Below are positions 57,301 to 64,000 of a stretch of DNA of 64,000 bases, piece by piece. The notes beneath the pieces were generated by a model. It was not told the origin of the DNA and searched no databases. It saw only the letters and a program-made list of their open reading frames with translations. The position numbers and the translations under genes were made by a program. This DNA comes from Squalus acanthias (Eukaryota). How positions within the stretch are numbered: position 1 is the stretch's first letter; each line of letters starts with the position of its first letter. The DNA lies in NCBI GenBank assembly GCA_030390025.1, contig CM059432.1, forward strand, positions 131,938,001-132,002,000, given 5' to 3'.

Positions 57301-58886
57301 GAAGAACAGAAGAATCTGCAAGCTTTATAAATGACTCTTGTTCTCCAGCAAGAGTGGGGAGAGATTTTTCTTTAGCATGGGACATCAACAGCTTCAACAA
57401 TAGCCTCTGAGGACAGTGGTTAGGTAACACTAGTATCTGATGGGGAAACAACCTCTGGATATTAACATTTTTTGAGGTGAATAGGACAAGAAAAGGGAAA
57501 AGTAATGAGGCTCATTATGATGAGAAACGACAAGCTGTGTGTACATTATTCAGGAGTCATGAGGAAAATTGTTGGGGTTGTTACTGTCTTGAAAGGTTGA
57601 TGGTGGTAAATGTTCCCTGTGACGGGTAAAGAAGAACATGTGATGGAAGGGGTAAGGTGTAAGATCAGGGGCCCATACAATCCACCTGTACAGAGACCAG
57701 AAACATACGAAGTGCATTGGCTGCCAGCCTCATGATTGAAGAGGACAATCGAGGAGTAATTTTCTGATTTTGTGCCTCTGGTGGGGGTAGCTCACCCACC
57801 AGGACTGTATTTGGGCACATGCTGCGCATGGTGTTCCTCCCATTATGGTTGGAAAATTATGCAGATCCTGCACCTGAATTTCCCATATGCAGTCCCACTT
57901 GGCAATGTTTCCCTGCAGGAGTGCAAAATTGGTACAGTACTCCTGTAGAAAGAGCGAGACATGGTCCATAATGTAGGGCACCGCCTAGGCCAAAAACAAT
58001 AGAGAAAACAGGACAGCCTATATTTCTCTCAATGCGGGAATGCCAGCTTTAGATTGGCATGGTGAGACTTCCGCCCACCCAATGAATGTGTCTCTGACCC
58101 TGGCAAATTTCCGGGGGAATGCCTAATTTAAATGTTTTTTGGAAGAGCTCCTAGAGATGTTCCCGCCTTTGCTTTGGGACCTTGCCACTGGGACGTGGGA
58201 TATGGCAGCCACTACACGAGACAAATGCCTGCAGCAGCTTAAAAGGGAAGGCAGCCTCTGATTTTCTAAAAAAGGTTTGCTGCCTCCTACGGACTAGCAA
58301 ATTCCACCCATTTGCAACTGCAAATCCTTTGTCCCACATTACATTACTGATCTTTTTTGGTAGCTGGTCATTGCATTTCCCTTAGCAGTGCTGGCCACTT
58401 GTTGAATGCTGGCACTGTTAACATAGAAACATAGAAGATAGGAGCAGGAGTAGGCCATTCGGCCCCTCGAGCCTGCTCTGCCATTCAATGCGATCATGGC
58501 TGATCATCCAAATTCAGTACCCTGTCCCTGCTTTCTCCCCATATCCCTTGATCCCCTTATCCTTAAGAAATATATCTAACTCCTTCTTGAATATAGTTAA
58601 TGAATTGGACTCAACTGTCTTCTGTGGTAGAGAATTCCACAGGTTCACCACTCTCTGGGTGAAGAAATTCCTCCTCATCTCAGTCCTAAATGGCTTACCC
58701 CTTATCCTTAGACTGTGACCCCTGGTTCTGCACTCCCCCACCATCGGGAACATCCTTCCTGCATCTAGTCTGTCTAGTCCTGTTAGAATTTTATAAGTTT
58801 CAATGAGATCCCCCCTCATTCTTCTAAACTCTAGCGAATACAAGCCCAATCGACCCAATCTCTCTTCATACGTCATTCCTGCCATC

Positions 58887-59429
58887 TGTCGAAGTTTCGA
58901 CTTCCGAGTAAGACTCTTGAAACATAAAGTATCGTCAAGGCAGGCTTTATTATTTACTTGCTTGCAAGGAGAATGCAACCGTAGTCAAATAGCTACGATG
59001 ACACACTGAAAAATCACAGAAAATGGAACATTCTTATACACTGATAATACAAGCTTTCCATATCACATGACATGTTGTTTAAGGTAAGCTAAGTTAAAAG
59101 TTAAGAAAACACATAAGAAATGCCTTACGATGAGACTAGCTAATCTCTACAAAATGGAGTCTATCTATCTGTTCTTCTCCCACCAAGGCCAAGGCACCTG
59201 GCTGTTTACTTCACTAGTCCTTGGTTATCTCAAGTTGATTAGAAGAAGCCTTTTTTTTCTCTGTACTAGCAGACTATGAAGACAGCATAGTCTGCAAAGT
59301 TTAAATTCATCTCCACGAGAAGTCATAAACATCTTTATCTTTTCCCAAACAAGTCAGAGTCAGCCATTTTGTATCACTCTTTGTCTCTAGGAAGCCATTT
59401 TGTGTCCGAGACACAAATACACTTCCACA
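58887..59429 (-). mobile_element. solo LTR (543 bp) inside CR1
   Basis: tgtcgaagt/acttccaca termini, 4-bp TSD CATC, AATAAA and TATA-like motifs on minus strand. Confidence 0.85.
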
Positions 59430-59912
59430 CATCCCAGGTATCAGTCTGGTGAATCTTCGCTGCACTCCCTCCATGGCAAGAACATCCTTCCTCAGATAAG
59501 GCGACCACAACTGCACACAATACTCAAGGTGTGGTCTCACCAAAGCCCTGTACAACTGCAGCAAGACCTCCTTGCTCCTGTACTCGAATCCTCTCGCTAT
59601 GAAGGCCAACATACCATTTGCCTTCTTAACCGCCTGCTGCACCTGCATGCTTACCTTCAGCGACTGGTGCACATGGACACCCAGGTCTCATTGCACTTCC
59701 CCTTTTCCCAATCTATTGCCGTTCAGATAATAATCTGCCTTCCTGTTTTTGCCACCAAAGTGGATAACCTCGCATTTATCCACATTATACTGCATTTGCC
59801 ATGCATCTGCCCAATCACCCAACCTGTCCAAATCATACTGGAGTTTCTCTGCATCCTCCTCACAGCACACACACCCACCCAGCTTTGTGTCGTCTGCTAA
59901 CTTGGAGATATT

Positions 59913-60376
59913 GGGCTGGATTTTCAATGACCTGTGGAGTCGGGTTTGGAGGCGTGTGGGGGGTTAAGGTTGCGGGGTCGGGGGTCCCGACCCCATCCCG
60001 CCTCCACACAATTTTGACAAAATCAATCACGGAGTTCCCGACTCCGTCCCGCCTCCAAGAGGCGGGAGAGGCCATTAAAGCCCTTAACAAGCCCTAAATT
60101 GGCTCTGTAATGCCATTTTGAAACGTTTTAGCTAGTTTAACCCTTTTCGGACGTGAAGTACACCTGATGTGAAACACTCCAGTGAAACCTGGTGGGAGCA
60201 CAAGTGGATAGCTGACTATCAGCTGCAGGTCCGCTATTATAACGGAGATGTGATGAAGGTAGCAGTAGTATTGTGATGGGTAGTAGGTGTGAAAGTCGCC
60301 TCTGATGCTGCTGCATTGTCTTCAGAGACTGCCTGGCCTTCCTGTGAGAGGCGCTCAATGAAAAAAATTCTCTCTC

Positions 60377-60412
<36 letters not shown>

Positions 60413-60682
60413 ATATCCAGGTCCACTCACAGCAAAAGCCAGACCGTCTCTGAGACCAAGCAGACCGTCTCTGACCTGCAATGCAGCAGGAATGATGACA
60501 TCATCAGAGGCGACTTTCAGACTGAAACCACTAATTGGTTCATGGGTTCCCACATGCTGGAACTCAATTGCCCAATTAAGTGAAAATTGCATCATTCATC
60601 CACATTAATCTGGAGTCGGGGGGGGGGAACACGAAATGCGGATGACACGACCCCAACCCGACCCCAAGACAAAATCCAGCCC
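59913..60682. mobile_element. PIF/Harbinger MITE (770 bp) inside the CR1 RT, with an internal (CT)n
   Basis: Perfect 12-bp TIR gggctggatttt/aaaatccagccc; TSD ATT. Confidence 0.92.
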
Positions 60683-63270
60683 ATTACATCTAGTTCCCTT
60701 GTCTAGATCATTAATATATATTGTGAATAACTGGGGTCCTAGCACCGATCTCTGCGGTACCCCACTCGTCACTGCCTGCCACTCGGAAAAAGACCCGTTT
60801 ATTCCAACTCTTTGCTTCCTGTCTGCCAACCAGTTTTCTATCCAAGTCAGTACCTTACCCCCAATCCCATGTGCTTTAACTTTGCACGCTAATCTCTGAT
60901 GCGGGACCTTATCGAAAGCCTTCTGAAAGTCCAAATACACCACATCCACTGGTTCTCCCTTATCTATTCTACCAGTTACATCCTCAAAAAATTCCAGTAG
61001 ATTAGTCAAGCATGATTTACCTTTTGTAAATCCATGTTGACTTTGTCCGATCCTGTCACTGTTTTCCAAGTGCTCTGCTATTACATCTTTTATAATGGAC
61101 TCTAGCATTTTCCCCTCTACCGATGTCAGGCTTACCGGTCTATAATTCCCCGTTTTCTCTCTACCACCTTTTTTAAATAGTTGGGTTACATTAGCCACCC
61201 TCCAATCCATGGGAACTGTTCCAGAGTCTATAGAATTTTGGAAGATGACCAGCAATGCATCTACTATTTCTAGGGCCACTTCCTTAAGTACCCTAGGATG
61301 TAGATTATCAGGCCCTGGGGATTTATCGGCCTTCAATCCCGTCAATTTCCCTAACACCATTTCCCTACAAATACTGTTTTTATTCAGTTCCTCCCTCTCA
61401 TTAGACCCTATGTTCCCCGACATCTCTGGGAGGTTATTTGTGTCCTCCTTTGTGAAGACAGAACCAAAGTATGTATTTAATAGGTCTGCCATTTCTTTGT
61501 TTCCCATTATAAATTCCCTTGATTCTGACTGCAAGGGACCTACGCTTGACTTCACCAATCTTTTTCTCTTCACATATCTATAGAAGCTTTTACAGTCAGT
61601 TTTTATGTTCCCTGCAAGCTTACTCTCATACTCTATTTTCCCCCTCTTAATTAATCCCTTTGTCCTCCTTTGCTGAATCCTAAACTTCTCCCAATCCTCA
61701 GGTTTGCTGCTTTTTCTGGACAATTTATATGTCCTCTCCTTGGATCTTATGCTATCCCTAATTTCCCTTGTTAGCCACGGTTGAGTCACCTTTTTTGTTT
61801 TATTTTTATGCCAAACAGTGATGAACAAATTCTGTAGTTCATCCATGCGATCTTTAAATGTTTGCCATTGCCTATCCACCATCAACCCTTTAAGTAACGT
61901 TCCCCAATCCATCCTAGCCAACTCTCACCTCATACCATCGTAGTTTCCTTTATTTAAATTCAGGACCCTAGTCTCTGAGTCAACTACTTCACTCTCCATC
62001 TTAATGAAGAATTCTATCATATTATGATCGCTCCCCCCCAAGGGGCCTCGCACAACAAGATTGCTAATTAATCCTTTCTCATTACATAATACCCAGTCTA
62101 GGATGGCCTGATCTCTAGTTGGTTCCTTGACATATTGGTCCAGGAAACCATCCCGTATACACTCTAGGAATTCCTCCTCCACAGTATTGTTACTAATTTG
62201 GTTAACCCAATCTATATGTAGATTAAAGTCACCCATGATAACTGCTGTGCCCTTATTGCACGCGTCTCTAATTTCCCGTTTAATGCCATCCCCAACCTCA
62301 GCATTACTGTTTGGGGGTCTGTATACAACTCCCACTCATGTTTTCTGCCCCTTGGTATTTCTCAGCTCTACCCATACAAATTCCACATCATCAGAGCTAA
62401 TATCCTTCCTTACTATTGTGTTAATTTCCTCTTTAACCAGCAATGCTACCCCACCTCCTTTTCCTTTTTGCCTGTCCTTCCTGAATATTGAATACCCCTG
62501 GATGTTGAATTTCCAGCCTTGGTCACCCTGGAGCCATGTCTCCGTAATCCCAATTATATCATATCCGTTTACATCTATTTGCGCAGCTAATTCATCCACC
62601 TTATTACGAATGCTCCTCACATTAAGACACAAAGCCTTCAGGCTTGTTTTTTTAACACTCTTAGACCATTTAGAATTATTGTTTACTGTGGCCATGTTTG
62701 ATTTACACTCTTGAATTCTCTGACTTCCACTTTTGCTTTTCTCCTTCCTGTCTTTTTCTTCTATCCTTGCTTCCCTTTCCTCTGTCTCCCTGCACAGGTT
62801 CCCAACCCCCTGCCATTTTAGTTTAAACCCTCCCCAACAGCACTAGCAAACACTCCCCCTAGGACATCGGGGGAGTTAGGTGTTCAGCGTTGCTAAGGTG
62901 CTAATGACAGATGATGTGATGTGATGTATGACATCCCCCTGTCATTATTGCCTAATTTGAATGTGCCTCCCCATAGTTGGGCCGTCGCAGCTGATGTCTG
63001 ATGTCATTTCCAGCAGAAGCTACATCTGGTGCAAAAATGGGTCCGAAGCTGGTGTATTGGGCCCCATCCTGTTTTATGCCCCCTTCTGACCTGTTGGTGC
63101 TAAAGCAATAGTAAAGAAGGCAAAAGTTGGGCCTGATAAATCAAATAGCAGTGGCCACATTTTGGCAAACTTGGATTTTAAAAGCCTGTAGATTGTTGGA
63201 GGAAACGAAAGCTAAAGGAGGTAGAAGTTTCATAGTTTTGTGGTCTTCCATTCCCCTTTTGAAGGATTTG

Positions 63271-63740
63271 GGGGCGATTTTCCCACTGGAGGCGAGATGG
63301 AGGCGGGTTTCGATTTGAGTGGGTTTGAAACCCGCCTCCACTGATAGTTTTCAAAAAATTGCGATTATCCCCTGATTGGCCACTTGATTTCAGAGGTGTG
63401 GGTTGCCCTTGGTCAATTAGTGTTTTGGGATTGAAACCCACCTCTGCTGACATCACTTTTCCAGTCTGATTTTATGGCTTCTTGCTGCTTTGGATCATTC
63501 CACAGGATTTCTGCCTATGCTGCACCACCTGCAACATTTTCTGAGAAACCACTATGTCCAATTCCAAGGCAAGGGCCTCCCCGAGGCTCTCGGATGAGGT
63601 GCTGCAAATGTTGTTTGGGGGGTGACAGCTAGCAGGGAAGTGCTCTTCCACTCATCTGGGAGGAAGAGGCCTCCCAAAGAAACCAAGGCTGTGTGGGTAC
63701 AGCTGGCAAGGGATATAACCTCCAGATCTGTGTGCAGATT
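63271..63740 (+). mobile_element. PIF/Harbinger left end with a Myb/SANT-like gene relic (from 63554)
   Basis: ggggcgatttt terminus; MSNSKARASPRLSDEVLQML/VTASREVLFHSSGRKRPPKETKAVWVQLA is homologous to 30950-31160. Confidence 0.75.
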
Positions 63741-64000
63741 GGGTGAATGTTTCTGTGTATTGATGAAATGCCATCCCTATTGGAAAGCATTAAAATGATT
63801 TGATGCCAAAATATTGGCATTATGGCATCCATTCTTTCGCCTTAGGCAGCTCCACACTTGCGTTGTCAGGTTGGTGGCCTGAGTGAAAGGAGGCCAGAGA
63901 GTCATGTCCATTGTCAATGATGTCTTAGGATGGAGCCAAGGACACGTGCCAACTTGGGCAACCTATGCAAATCTAGCCAAGATAAGTTCATCCCTTGCAT

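Larger units (their letters stand above)
58420..62868 (-). mobile_element. CR1 LINE with nearly complete ORF2 (APE and RT) plus the ORF1 C-terminus; two premature stops and two insertions
   Basis: ORFs 62336..62695, 61925..62335, 60605..61921, 59307..59672, 58514..58978; ORF1 end FASAVGEGLN* near 62820. Confidence 0.96.

Noticed and set aside
57130..58120. Possible further Harbinger transposase remnants (also 1400-2100)
   Set aside because: Only faint motif resemblance; not supportable without a profile search.
1..64000. Prokaryotic systems (CRISPR array, operon, defence island)
   Set aside because: The DNA is intron-exon structured and full of vertebrate TEs; no repeat-spacer array was seen.

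Overview
Eukaryotic, repeat-dense DNA, very likely from a cartilaginous fish (shark or ray). That call is inferred from the repeat set: HER1-type CR1 LINEs, an HE1-type V-SINE, a SacSINE1-type DeuSINE and LF-SINE-like elements. The only host gene I can support is the 3' half of a FACIT collagen of the COL21A1 type on the + strand, with 12 coding exons (54, 54, 54, 72, 36, 45, 33, 147, 55, 195, 78 bp, plus a last exon with the stop at 43379). The ORF track mostly misses these exons. The rest is largely transposon debris: CR1, L2, RTE and a Zenon-like LINE, Penelope-like fragments with hammerhead ribozymes, three solo LTRs, many PIF/Harbinger elements with 3-bp TSDs, and several SINE families. 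Best leads: (1) a single-ORF LINE with a tRNA-derived Pol III-type head and an almost terminator-free sense strand; (2) covarying minimal hammerhead ribozymes; (3) a multibranched RNA-like fold at the 3' end of a solo LTR; (4) a four-level nested TE stack around a full-length L2; (5) evidence that the collagen may be a COL21A1 paralogue. No database search or folding program was run. Family names and human comparisons come from recalled knowledge and need confirmation.
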